Source: an uncultured Clostridia bacterium
Lineage (GTDB): Bacteria; Bacillota; Clostridia; CALYAR01
Direction of reading: 5' to 3'
Assembly: GCA_944393585.1 (NCBI GenBank)
Contig: CALYAR010000073.1
Span: 1-48,971 of the forward strand
Length of the DNA stretch: 48,971 bases
Below are positions 15,199 to 24,800 of the stretch, piece after piece. The notes beneath the pieces are model-generated. The model was not told the DNA's origin. It made no database searches and worked only from the letters and a program-made list of their open reading frames with translations. The position numbers were made by a program, and so were the translations under genes. Position 1 is the first letter of the stretch. Each line of letters begins with the position of its first letter.

Positions 15199-16572
15199 AT
15201 GAAACGGATTATGCCTGTATTTCTGGCTTTTACGTTGTCTTTATGTCTGGCCGCGTGCAGCAATAGCCGGGAACCCTCCTCTCAATCGGTCATTTCAAAT
15301 GAGCAGAACGGTATACAGCAAAGCCAATCGAATATTCTGATTGCCTATGCGCCTGCGGAGGACGGCGATTGCATAGCACAAACGGCTGCCTTGCTCCAGG
15401 AAGCGGTGGGCGGCGATTTGTTCCAGATCGAAGAAGAAGCAGACGGAGACTTTGCCGTCTACGAATTTATTCTGCTGGGGTTTGACACAGAGAACAGTAC
15501 ATTGCCGGAGCACATTCAGGAATTTTTGAAAACCAATCAATTTGGCGCAAAAACCATTATTCCGTTCGTGAGCGGCAGTGAAAATGATTCCGACGCCATT
15601 TTTTCTGCGATTTCGCAGCTTCAGCCCGGCGCCCTGCTGGGGGAAAGTGCACTTCTGTTTACCGCGGACACCAGGGAACAGGAAATTACGGAGTGGGCTC
15701 AAGGATTAAATCTGTCCGATCAGGCCTTTGTCCCGGAAAGCGACGGCGGTAATACCGTTGCAACTGCCTTGGTGACCCCGGAGGTCCAGCAGGTACTGTA
15801 TCTCTGGGAGGAGGACAATGCGCCTGCCGTCACAGAATACACGCAAAACAATGGAGCTTATTCGGATGAACCGGATTTTCGGCCCTACATTACCAGCTTT
15901 CCGGTACCGGATGGGACTGCCGTCAAGGGTGCAGTGCTCATTTGTCCCGGAGGAGCTTTTCAGTTCCGCAGCGACCAGCCGGAAGGCGTGGATGTGGCCG
16001 AGGCACTCAGCGCCCTTGGCTATCAGAGCTTTGTAGTGGATTACCGCCTGCGTCCCTATACACAGCAGGAAGGAGCACTGGATCTGGCACGAGCAGTACG
16101 GTTTGTCCGCGCCCATGCAGAGGAATACGGCATTGCCGAAGACGACATTGCCGTGATGGGGTTTTCTGCCGGTGGAATTTTGAGCGGAGAGATGCTTTTG
16201 AATTTTGACGGGCAAGTCAATGGCACCGCGCTGGACCCGGATTATGTACCGGATCAGCTGGACGAAATATCCGCAGACGCAGCGGCCTGCGGAATGATCT
16301 ATTCTTTCTATGGCCGGCTGAGCGTTGGCACTACGGATGTAGAACTGCTGCGTTCCGGCAACCTGCCGCCTACCTTCTACTGCTACGGCACTCGTGATCC
16401 ATTTTACGAACAATTCCTTGCCAACGCGGATGCAGCAGAGGAAGCCGGTGTTGCCGTAGAACGGCTGCAGCTGGACGATATGCCTCACGGCTTCGGAGCC
16501 AGCGGGGATTGGATTCCTGCCTATGACGAATGGCTGTCGGAAGTTTTTGCAGCTAATGAAGGGAGAATGTAA
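15199..16572 (+). CDS. Exported lipoprotein: degenerate flavodoxin-like N-domain fused to an alpha/beta hydrolase (Aes-type esterase)
   Basis: Lipobox LCLAAC. The N-domain aligns with the flavodoxin paralogs (GGDLFQI..., TIIPFVSGS), but the YFSxTGNT loop is replaced by AYAPAEDGD. The C-domain has GFSAGG and PHGFG alpha/beta hydrolase motifs. Confidence 0.8.
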   Translation: MKRIMPVFLAFTLSLCLAACSNSREPSSQSVISNEQNGIQQSQSNILIAYAPAEDGDCIAQTAALLQEAVGGDLFQIEEEADGDFAVYEFILLGFDTENSTLPEHIQEFLKTNQFGAKTIIPFVSGSENDSDAIFSAISQLQPGALLGESALLFTADTREQEITEWAQGLNLSDQAFVPESDGGNTVATALVTPEVQQVLYLWEEDNAPAVTEYTQNNGAYSDEPDFRPYITSFPVPDGTAVKGAVLICPGGAFQFRSDQPEGVDVAEALSALGYQSFVVDYRLRPYTQQEGALDLARAVRFVRAHAEEYGIAEDDIAVMGFSAGGILSGEMLLNFDGQVNGTALDPDYVPDQLDEISADAAACGMIYSFYGRLSVGTTDVELLRSGNLPPTFYCYGTRDPFYEQFLANADAAEEAGVAVERLQLDDMPHGFGASGDWIPAYDEWLSEVFAANEGRM

Positions 16573-16574
16573 AA

Positions 16575-17108
16575 ATGAATAAAAAAGTTTTGGTTTTGGC
16601 CGGAAGTCCGCGAAAAGGCGGAAATTCGGATTTGCTGTGCGACGAATTAATTCGCGGCGCACAGGAGTCTGGCAATACGGCGGAAAAGATTTATGTGCAG
16701 GATTGGAAGATTGCTCCTTGCCGTGCTTGTTATGCCTGCAGAGGAACGGGAAGCTGTGTGCAGAAGGATGATATGGCGCAGCTTCTGGAAAAAATGATCG
16801 ATGCCGATGTGATTGTTCTGGCAACGCCTGTCTATTTCTATTCCATGGACGGACAGATGAAAACCATGATAGACCGTACACTGCCCAGGTATATGGAGAT
16901 CAAAAACAAGGAATTCTTCCTCATTGCCACTGCCGCCGCCGGTGCGGAGGCAATGGAACGCACCATAGACAGCCTGCGCGGATTTACCGACTGTCTGCCG
17001 AATGCTAAGGTACGGGGTGTGATATATGGAGCCGGCGTTTATCGAAAGGGCGAAGTTGCGCGGACAAAAGCAATGAAAGACGCTTTTCGCGCTGGCCAGT
17101 CTATATAA
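16575..17108 (+). CDS. NAD(P)H-dependent FMN reductase / iron-sulfur flavoprotein (Isf)-like
   Basis: VLVLAGSPRKGGNS flavodoxin-like fold. A compact Cys motif CRACYACRGTGSC (CX2CX2CX5C) resembles the Isf 4Fe-4S site. There is no signal peptide. Confidence 0.85.
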   Translation: MNKKVLVLAGSPRKGGNSDLLCDELIRGAQESGNTAEKIYVQDWKIAPCRACYACRGTGSCVQKDDMAQLLEKMIDADVIVLATPVYFYSMDGQMKTMIDRTLPRYMEIKNKEFFLIATAAAGAEAMERTIDSLRGFTDCLPNAKVRGVIYGAGVYRKGEVARTKAMKDAFRAGQSI

Positions 17109-17187
17109 AAAACGAGATCCATGATCCGGGCGGTCAGCCGGAAGGGGTCTGTTTTCCGTCGATTTACTCGTTTAGAAAGAAGGCAAT

Positions 17188-18555
17188 TTGGAAATAATGG
17201 AGGAACAATCGGAAAAATATCTGTTTGAAGAGATGCCCGTGCCCAAGGCAGTGGCAACTCTCGCGATTCCCACTGTCATCAGTCAGGTAGTCACCATGAT
17301 TTACAATCTGGCGGATACTTTTTTCATCGGCCAGATGGGAGATCCCACTATGGTGGCGGCGGTCTCCCTAGTGTCGCCCTGGTTCAATCTGCTCACTGCC
17401 CTGGGCAATCTGTTCGGCTTGGGCGCAAGCAGCCTCATCTCCCGAATGCTGGGAGCACAAAAACGCGGAGACATCAGACATGTGGCCGCTTTCAGTGTGT
17501 GGGGCGGCGGGGCAGTAACTCTGGTATTTTCACTGGGTACCTATCTGGCCCGCGTCCCGCTGCTGAATTTTCTGGGTGCCAGTTCGGATACTTTTGGCTA
17601 TGCGGAAAGCTATCTGTTCTGGGTGGTGGTATTGGGCGGGGTCCCCACGATGATCAGCTTGGCACTGGGCCATCTGCTGCGAAGCGAGGGGCATGCCAGA
17701 CAGGCCAGCGCCGGCATGATGTTCGGCGGCATCCTGAATGTGGTATTGGACCCAATCCTTATCTTCGGATTCCATATGGATGTTGCGGGAGCGGCCATTG
17801 CAACTGCCTTTTCCAACGCTGCATCGGTAGTGTTCTTTGTCATTCAGTATTTGCGGCTTAGAGACAAAACGGCAGTTTCACTCAACCCGCGGTATTTTAC
17901 GTTCCGGTTTACAGGACCGGTTTTTTCAGTGGGATTGGCTTCGGCTCTGGCCACTACCTTGGGAAACGCTTCCAATATGGTGATGGTGCGGCTCGCTTCC
18001 GGTTACGGGGACATACCTGTGGCGGCATATGGCATTGTAAAGCGCATTGACCAGTTTCCGCTTAACGTCTCCATGGGGCTGTGTCAGGGATTTATGCCTT
18101 TGGTGGGTTATAATTATGCGGCAAAAAATTACCAGCGGATGCGTCGGGTTTCTGTGTTTTCCTGGAAAGCAGCTCTGATCATATCCGCGTGCTTCGTGGC
18201 CTGCTTTGCGGTCTTCGCACCTCAAATTCTCCATTTATTTATTCCAGAGGAGCAGACCAGTACTCTGGACGCCCGGTTTTTGCGCATTGCCTGTCTGGCG
18301 GTGCCGCTGACGTCGGTAAATTTTCTTATCAGCTATACTTTGCAGGCCATGGGCAAAGGAGTGCAATCGGCAGCTCTCACATTCAGCCGCCAGGGACTAA
18401 TCAATATTCCGCTGCTCATGCTGATGAACGTAGTCTTTGGACTGTACGGCATGATCTGGACCCAACTGGTAGTGGAGATCATTATGCTGCCTGTCTCGCT
18501 GGGCATGTATGCACATACTTGGAAGAGGCTGAAACAGCCGGATGAAAAGTCATAA
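17188..18555 (+). CDS. MATE family efflux transporter
   Basis: 12-TM profile. The N-terminus PKAVATLAIPTVISQVVTMIYNLADTFFIGQ is typical of MatE. The start is TTG 17188 or ATG 17197. Confidence 0.9.
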   Translation: MEIMEEQSEKYLFEEMPVPKAVATLAIPTVISQVVTMIYNLADTFFIGQMGDPTMVAAVSLVSPWFNLLTALGNLFGLGASSLISRMLGAQKRGDIRHVAAFSVWGGGAVTLVFSLGTYLARVPLLNFLGASSDTFGYAESYLFWVVVLGGVPTMISLALGHLLRSEGHARQASAGMMFGGILNVVLDPILIFGFHMDVAGAAIATAFSNAASVVFFVIQYLRLRDKTAVSLNPRYFTFRFTGPVFSVGLASALATTLGNASNMVMVRLASGYGDIPVAAYGIVKRIDQFPLNVSMGLCQGFMPLVGYNYAAKNYQRMRRVSVFSWKAALIISACFVACFAVFAPQILHLFIPEEQTSTLDARFLRIACLAVPLTSVNFLISYTLQAMGKGVQSAALTFSRQGLINIPLLMLMNVVFGLYGMIWTQLVVEIIMLPVSLGMYAHTWKRLKQPDEKS

Positions 18556-18639
18556 CCTTTGGGTTTTAACTGCAAAACAAATGGAGACTTCTGTTTAAAG
18601 CGCAAGGAATTATAATAAAGACATAAGGAGATGAAAACG

Positions 18640-19626
18640 ATGCAGACGAGATTGTTAGGTAAGGATTTATCTGTTTCCGCAGTGGGATTGGGCTGCATGG
18701 GTTTTTCTCACGCCTATGGCGCACCCACGGAAGAAAAGGAAGCAGTGCGTCTGCTGCGGCGGGCAGCGGAGATGGGATACACCTTTTTTGATACCGCTGA
18801 GGTTTACGGAACGCCGCAGGATCCCCATATCAATGAACAGTTGGTAGGGGAAGCTCTGGCGCCGGTTCGGGATAAAGTGGTTATTGCCACCAAATTTGGT
18901 TTGCGGTTTGACTTTGAATCCGGCAAAGTGCCGCTTCCCCTGATTCCGGATTCCCGGCCGGAAACCATCCGCAGGTCGGTGGAAGGCTCTCTCAAGCGCC
19001 TGCAGACTGACCACATTGATTTGTACTTTCAGCATCGGATCGACCCCGGCATAGAACCGGAGGAGGTAGCCGGCGTTATGGCTGATCTGATTCGGGAAGG
19101 CAAGATCACCCACTGGGGAATCTCAGAGGCAAATGAAGAATACCTGTGCCGGGCTCATGCTGTCTGTCCAGTGACTGCGGTACAGAACCGCTATTCCATG
19201 ATGGCAAGGCACTATGAACTGCTGTTCCCGGTCCTGGAAGAGCTTGGAGTGGGAATGGTGGCCTTCTCTCCCATGGCAAACGGATTTTTGACCGGCAGAT
19301 ATGGGAAGGGCGGACAGTTTGACACGAAAACAGACTATCGTGCGTCCATGCCTCAGTTCACCGATAAGGGAATAGAACAAAATCAAAAGCTGCTGGAGCT
19401 GCTCCGCGGCATGGCAGAGCAGAAGAACGCCACGCCGGCACAGATTTCCCTGGCATGGATGCTCTGCAAGAAGCCTTGGATTGTGCCCATTCCAGGCACA
19501 AGGAAGGAAGAGCGGATGAGCGAAAATGTCGGCGCTGCCGGTGTGAAGCTCTCTTCCTGTGAGGTAAAAGCTGTGGATGAAGCTTTAGACGGCATGGAAA
19601 TTTCGGCGGTATATGGGGTGGCGTGA
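18640..19626 (+). CDS. Aldo/keto reductase
   Basis: MQTRLLGKDLSVSAVGLGCMGFS, DTAEVYG and HRIDP motifs. The AAGGAG RBS (18625-30) abuts the ORF-track ATG at 18631, so the ATG at 18640 is the better start. Confidence 0.92.
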   Translation: MQTRLLGKDLSVSAVGLGCMGFSHAYGAPTEEKEAVRLLRRAAEMGYTFFDTAEVYGTPQDPHINEQLVGEALAPVRDKVVIATKFGLRFDFESGKVPLPLIPDSRPETIRRSVEGSLKRLQTDHIDLYFQHRIDPGIEPEEVAGVMADLIREGKITHWGISEANEEYLCRAHAVCPVTAVQNRYSMMARHYELLFPVLEELGVGMVAFSPMANGFLTGRYGKGGQFDTKTDYRASMPQFTDKGIEQNQKLLELLRGMAEQKNATPAQISLAWMLCKKPWIVPIPGTRKEERMSENVGAAGVKLSSCEVKAVDEALDGMEISAVYGVA

Positions 19627-19675
19627 CCCCAGTGACCAGTGAGAATACAATTAGTTATAAATGGAGGAATGTACA

Positions 19676-20521
19676 ATGGAGTTCGCTATGTTAAACAATG
19701 GAGTAAAGATGCCCATGGCAGGAATCGGGACTTTCCTTTTGACCCCAGATGAAGCGGAAGCTTCCGTCCTCAGTGCGCTTGAGTGCGGCTACCGTCTGAT
19801 TGACACTGCCAATGCCTATGTGAACGAAAAAGCCGTGGGCAGGGCAATGAGACGTTCCGGGTTGAAACGGGAAGAGATTTTCCTGGAGACCAAATTGTGG
19901 CCCAGCTTCTATGAGCAGCCCGATGCGGTGGAAAAGACACTCAGACGACTGGACACGGATTATATCGATCTGCTGCTCATTCATCAGCCTGCCGGCAATT
20001 ACATTGCTGGATATAAGCTGATGGAAAAGGCTTACAAAGCGGGAAAGGTGAAAGCGATCGGTCTGTCCAACTTTACGGAAAAGCAGATTCAGGAGATTCT
20101 GGATATCTGCGAGGTAAAGCCCGCTGTACTGCAGACAGAGGTACATCCTTATTCGCAGGAGAAGGAATTAAAAAAATTCCTGAATCGGGAAGGCATCGTA
20201 ATCCAGGCATGGTACCCGCTGGGGCATGGAGACAAGGCCCTGATTGAAGAGCCGCTGTTTGCCGAACTGGGCAGAAAGTATGGAAAATCCAATGCTCAGA
20301 TTATTCTGCGGTGGCACATCCAGGATGGAAACATTGTCATTCCGGGTTCGAAGAATCCTGCCCATATTAAAGATAATTTTGACCTGTTCGACTTCTCGCT
20401 CACCGAAGAGGAAATGGCGAAGATTGCCGGCATGGATCAGAAGAAACGCTATTATATCAGCACTCCGGAGCTGCTCAAGGGCTATGCCGAGATGGTGCCT
20501 CCGGTAGATGAACAGAAATAA
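19676..20521 (+). CDS. Aldo/keto reductase (DkgA/YtbE-like)
   Basis: GIGTF..., DTANAY, LLIHQP and GLSNF motifs. The GGAGGA RBS (19663-68) lies 7 nt before the ATG at 19676. Confidence 0.92.
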   Translation: MEFAMLNNGVKMPMAGIGTFLLTPDEAEASVLSALECGYRLIDTANAYVNEKAVGRAMRRSGLKREEIFLETKLWPSFYEQPDAVEKTLRRLDTDYIDLLLIHQPAGNYIAGYKLMEKAYKAGKVKAIGLSNFTEKQIQEILDICEVKPAVLQTEVHPYSQEKELKKFLNREGIVIQAWYPLGHGDKALIEEPLFAELGRKYGKSNAQIILRWHIQDGNIVIPGSKNPAHIKDNFDLFDFSLTEEEMAKIAGMDQKKRYYISTPELLKGYAEMVPPVDEQK

Positions 20522-20539
20522 GGAAAGGAGCAAACACTT

Positions 20540-21097
20540 ATGCGTAAAAATTTTGGAACAAAATCCTGGTTCTATCCGCTGCCGGTGCTGATCATCGGCA
20601 CCTACAGCGAGGACGGAACGGCCGATGCCATGAATGCCGCCTGGGGAGGTCTGTACGACGCGGATAAGGTAGTGCTTTGTTTGAGTGCCGGTCACAGAAC
20701 CACTGCAAACATCAAGGCGAGAGGGGCTTTTACTGTGAGCTTTGCGGATGCGGCCCATGTCGTGGCTTCTGATTATGTGGGAATGGTTTCTGCCAACAGT
20801 GAGCCGCAGAAGATGGAAAAGTCCGGATTCCATTTGACGAAGAGTGAGTTTGTGGATGCGCCCCTCATAGATGAACTGCCGGTGGCGCTGGAATGCAAAT
20901 TGATAAAGGTCAATGAGGACGGCAACATCATTGGCCAGATCGTCAATGTCAGCGTTGACGAAAGCGTTTTGGGAGAAGATGGAAGCATCGATTTTGCCAA
21001 ATTCCGTCCTATTTCCTTTGAGCCTGCGCACAATGCCTACCATGTACTGGGTGAGAAGGCAGGAAACGCTTTCCAGGACGGCAGAAAATTGAAATAA
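20540..21097 (+). CDS. Flavin reductase family protein (FMN-binding split barrel)
   Basis: PLPVLIIGTYSEDGTADAMNAAWGG is typical of the Flavin_Reduct family. AAAGGAG RBS. Confidence 0.88.
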   Translation: MRKNFGTKSWFYPLPVLIIGTYSEDGTADAMNAAWGGLYDADKVVLCLSAGHRTTANIKARGAFTVSFADAAHVVASDYVGMVSANSEPQKMEKSGFHLTKSEFVDAPLIDELPVALECKLIKVNEDGNIIGQIVNVSVDESVLGEDGSIDFAKFRPISFEPAHNAYHVLGEKAGNAFQDGRKLK

Positions 21098-21270
21098 AAA
21101 GCCACCCAAATATTTTGCAAAGCGGAAAAAGCAGATAGGGCGGTTTTCCGGAAGATTTGGGAGGAAAACTTTCCGTCGTTGCAGGCGGCGGTATGTTTTA
21201 ATCAAAATGAGAGAGTACCTGCATTGATATAGAAAGGAAGCGCGCAGCAGCGCTGATTGGGTAACCTGTT

Positions 21271-21978
21271 ATGTTTGTAGTTTGTCACATGTTCACTTCT
21301 TTAGACGGAAAGATCGACGGCGCTTTTTTCTCTGCACCGGAAACAGCACCGGCACTGAAAGCGTATCAAGATCTGCGAGGGTTTTATCACTGCCAGGCCG
21401 CCTTATACGGCACTACAACGATGCTCGGCGGTTACGCCGACGGTCTGGTTCCAGCACTGGAAGAAGATAGGGAAGCATACTCCGAAAAGGATTTTATTAA
21501 TCCGGTGGGGAAAACAATGGGCAACTTCATTGTCTCTGTTGACCCCAAAGGCATGCTGGGATTTTCTTCGCATATCCTGGAGAAAAAAGGGCGGCCGGCG
21601 GCCCATGTGGTTGAGGCGCTGACAGAGCAGGCCTCTCCGGCTTATCTTTCCTATCTGCGCAAGCTGGGGATCTCATATCTGTTTGCCGGCCGGGAACAGC
21701 TGGATTGTGCCCTTCTTCTGGAAAAATTGGCGCATCGGTTTGAGATTCAGAGATTGATGATTGCAGGAGGCGGCACGGTGAACTGGTCATTTGTGCAGGA
21801 GGGCCTGATTGACGAGCTTAGCCTGGTAATTGCTCCGGTGGCGGACGGCAGCACTACTGCTGTGTCGATCTTTGAGAGGGCAGAGTTTCTGCCGCCTCAT
21901 GAACCGACCGCTTTTGTGCTGAAAGAGGCAAAACCTCTTGAGGGAAGCGGGCTTTGGCTTCGGTATGCACGGCAGTGA
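21271..21978 (+). CDS. RibD C-terminal domain / dihydrofolate reductase-like family protein
   Basis: HMFTSLDGKIDG at the N-terminus and IAGGGTVNWSF...DELSLVIAP near the C-terminus are typical of RibD_C. The RBS is weak, so the start is uncertain (21271 or 21289). Confidence 0.8.
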   Translation: MFVVCHMFTSLDGKIDGAFFSAPETAPALKAYQDLRGFYHCQAALYGTTTMLGGYADGLVPALEEDREAYSEKDFINPVGKTMGNFIVSVDPKGMLGFSSHILEKKGRPAAHVVEALTEQASPAYLSYLRKLGISYLFAGREQLDCALLLEKLAHRFEIQRLMIAGGGTVNWSFVQEGLIDELSLVIAPVADGSTTAVSIFERAEFLPPHEPTAFVLKEAKPLEGSGLWLRYARQ

Positions 21979-22026
21979 AAGTCCGGCCGGGGAACAAGAC
22001 AGGAGAACAAGAGGTGAAAAAGGAAG

Positions 22027-22920
22027 ATGAAAAAAAGAAAGCTGCTGCTTTTCCCATTCACTGCCGTTTTGGTTTTGGGCCTTACTGCGTGCGAACATTC
22101 TAATACAGAAGCTTCTCCCACGCAAACAGTGCCGGCAGCGGAGGAGGTTTCCTCTCCGAAGCCGGAAAATGAGGAAAGTATAGAATTGGAAGCTTTGGTG
22201 ACGGAGGGAACGGAAACGTATCGGGATTTTCTTCTGGACAATGTGCTGCATACCGAAGAGCAGGGAGATATTCATTTCAATCTCTATATTCCGGAAGATT
22301 ATGACGGAAGCTCGCCATATGCGCTATTTGTCACTCTCCCCGGTTATGAAGGGCTTTATTTTCAGGGAGTAGGCGCTAATCTCCGATCAGAAGAATACGG
22401 CTTTGAAGCGCAGAAGTACAACGAGAAAATGATCATCGCCGCCCCGCAGCTTGGTGACTGGGGCGAAACGTCGGCGAACCAGGCCATCGCACTGACGGAA
22501 TACCTCCTCGGCCATTACAACATTGATCCGGAAAAAGTATACCTGCACGGACTGTCCGGAGGCGGGGAGACAGGCTCTCTGGTGATGGGAAAACGGCCGG
22601 AACTGTACACGGCTTATCTTGCCACCAGCACCCAATGGGACGGCGATTTGGAGCAGTTGGCTGAAGCGGAAACACCGGTCTATCTGGCAGTGGGTGAGGA
22701 TGACAGCTATTACGGTTCTGAGCCGCTCAAGCAGGCTTATGCAGAACTGAAAGCTCTTTATGAGGAAAAGGGATTGTCTGAGGAAGAGATTAACGAGCTT
22801 TTAGTTCTTGACGTGAAAGATCAGGATTATTTTTCTCAGCGCGGTTATTCCGACCAGCACGCCGGAGGCCTGGCCTTCGCCTTTGATGAAACGATCATGG
22901 GCTGGCTGTTTGGCAAATAA
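22027..22920 (+). CDS. Exported lipoprotein, alpha/beta hydrolase (esterase)
   Basis: MKKRKLLLFPFTAVLVLGLTAC lipobox. Nucleophile elbow LHGLSGGG. The fold pattern is esterase/PHB-depolymerase-like. Confidence 0.8.
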   Translation: MKKRKLLLFPFTAVLVLGLTACEHSNTEASPTQTVPAAEEVSSPKPENEESIELEALVTEGTETYRDFLLDNVLHTEEQGDIHFNLYIPEDYDGSSPYALFVTLPGYEGLYFQGVGANLRSEEYGFEAQKYNEKMIIAAPQLGDWGETSANQAIALTEYLLGHYNIDPEKVYLHGLSGGGETGSLVMGKRPELYTAYLATSTQWDGDLEQLAEAETPVYLAVGEDDSYYGSEPLKQAYAELKALYEEKGLSEEEINELLVLDVKDQDYFSQRGYSDQHAGGLAFAFDETIMGWLFGK

Positions 22921-23361
22921 AGACGCGGAAAGACAGGAAGCAAATGACGGAGCGAACTGCGTTCCACCTCCTTTTGCTGCCGGCAGGCCGCCAATGCAGG
23001 GGAAAGAGATATAAGCGCGCTCTTAGCTGTTCCAATGCTGCAAATCAAATTACAAGCGGAACGATGACGAATATCGGACGGATACAATAATGCTGCCAAA
23101 CAACCTTCCCAGGCAGGAATTCTGGGATGAATCTGTCCGACGTTTGATTCCGGCAATGGTAAGAGATGGAGCAATTTCCAGTTGCTATGGCCATGGGATG
23201 TGCTTTTTGATCAGGAAAAGGGCTGATACTGTCTTGGATATCCAAATAGATCGGCGGTTATAAAAGGATATCCTTTGAAGAAAATCAGCGGCAGTATGGC
23301 CAATATGGAAGATGATAGAATTGAAAATAACGTGAGTCGAAAGAGATTGTATTTTGCGTTT

Positions 23362-23397
23362 AGAAAGAACGGCCATTGGAAAGCGGCCGTTCTTTCT
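23362..23397 (+). terminator. 13-bp perfect hairpin in a decayed intergenic region (weak terminator candidate)
   Basis: AGAAAGAACGGCC/GGCCGTTCTTTCT with a 10-nt loop. There is no clean T-run after it. Confidence 0.3.
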
Positions 23398-23746
23398 ATG
23401 TATAACAGATGCTTCCGCAATTTAAAGCCGCCCCAGATAGATCAAAAACAGATAAGACGATACGGTCTGGATTGATTTACAATCACCAAATTCCAGAGCA
23501 TATATGATATTTGCTCCTTGCCTTAGCAGACAAACTGCTCTGGGCCTTCTGCTTACCAATAAATCTCGAATTTGTTTTCCGTTTTAGCAGGGAACGTTTG
23601 ATGCAAATATGCCGATTGCGGCACAGCGATGAGGCTCTTATCCATTGATTCCATGCTTATCTGCGAATATATATTCTTTTTGTTGCTTTTCAGGCATGAG
23701 ATTATTATAATAAGAATGGAATTTGCCTACAATGGGAGGGATGTAT

Positions 23747-24646
23747 ATGGAAATCCGAGTCCTGCGCTATTTTTTGACTGTGGTACGGGAAGAAAGCATC
23801 ACACGGGCAGCAGACGTACTGCACATTACACAGCCTACTCTGAGCCGACAGCTGGCACAAATGGAAGATGAGATGGGGGTCAAACTGTTTGACCGTGGAA
23901 CAAGAAAGATTGTTCTTACGAACGAAGGACTTTTGCTGCGCCGCCGGGCAGAAGAAATTTTAGAACTGGTGGATAAAACGGAAAAAGAACTGACAGAGCA
24001 GGATGAAATGGTCGAAGGAACCGTATCGATCGGATGCGGTGACCTGGCGGCAGTGCAGATGCTGCCGGAGCTGTTTCGCTCCTTTCACGAACGGTATCCG
24101 TCTGTTTCATTTGATCTATATACTGCCACTGCCGACCATGTAAAAGATCGAATGGATCGGGGGCTGACGGATATGGGGCTGTTATTGGAACCGGTCAATA
24201 TCGAAAAGTACGACTTTATCCGCATGGACCAGCGGGAGCAGTGGGTAGCTGTCATGCATCCGGATTCTCCCTTGGCTAAGCTCGATCGTATTACCCCTCA
24301 AGATTTAAAAGATCTTCCTTTGATTCTGCCAAAGCGGATCAATGTTCAGAGCGAAGTAGCGAACTGGTTTGGAGCTGATTTGAGCCAGCTGAATATTCTA
24401 TTTACTTCGAATCTTCCATCCAATAGCTCCATCATGGTGTATAATAAATTGGCATACTCGATTATTATCAAGGGCTCGATCTCCTTCTGGGACAGTCAGA
24501 AGATTACCTACCGGCCGTTGTACCCGGAACTTACCGCAACCAGCGTTTTAGCATGGAAACGAAAGCAGCCCTTTGGTTTGGCGGCCGCAAAATTCATCCA
24601 GTATGCAAAAGACTGCCTGCTTGCAGAGCATGAGAATACAGATTGA
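23747..24646 (+). CDS. LysR family transcriptional regulator
   Basis: MEIRVLRYFLTVVREESITRAADVLHITQPTLSRQLAQME HTH. The GGGAGGG RBS lies 6 nt before the ATG at 23747. Confidence 0.9.
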   Translation: MEIRVLRYFLTVVREESITRAADVLHITQPTLSRQLAQMEDEMGVKLFDRGTRKIVLTNEGLLLRRRAEEILELVDKTEKELTEQDEMVEGTVSIGCGDLAAVQMLPELFRSFHERYPSVSFDLYTATADHVKDRMDRGLTDMGLLLEPVNIEKYDFIRMDQREQWVAVMHPDSPLAKLDRITPQDLKDLPLILPKRINVQSEVANWFGADLSQLNILFTSNLPSNSSIMVYNKLAYSIIIKGSISFWDSQKITYRPLYPELTATSVLAWKRKQPFGLAAAKFIQYAKDCLLAEHENTD

Positions 24647-24706
24647 GCCATATGATACTCCGAAAATTCATGCCTAAAAAGCATTTAATTGTATGAAAAA
24701 CAAGTA

Positions 24707-24736
24707 TTAGACATGGAAAATTTTCCGATTTATAAT
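24707..24736 (+). promoter_or_regulatory. MerR-type promoter candidate with a dyad operator in an over-long spacer
   Basis: -35 TTAGAC (24707-12), an 18-nt spacer and -10 TATAAT (24731-36). The spacer contains the perfect 12-bp palindrome GGAAAATTTTCC (24715-26). The site lies about 65 nt upstream of the MerR start. Confidence 0.45.
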
Positions 24737-24800
24737 GTAAGTGCAGCGGAGAAGAAGCATTTCCGTTTGCACTTACTTTATTTTTGGCAAAAATGGAGGA

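Noticed and set aside
23275-23475. A 66-aa + strand ORF in the decayed region.
   Set aside because: It reads straight through a perfect 13-bp hairpin. It has a TTG start without an RBS and a low-complexity basic translation.
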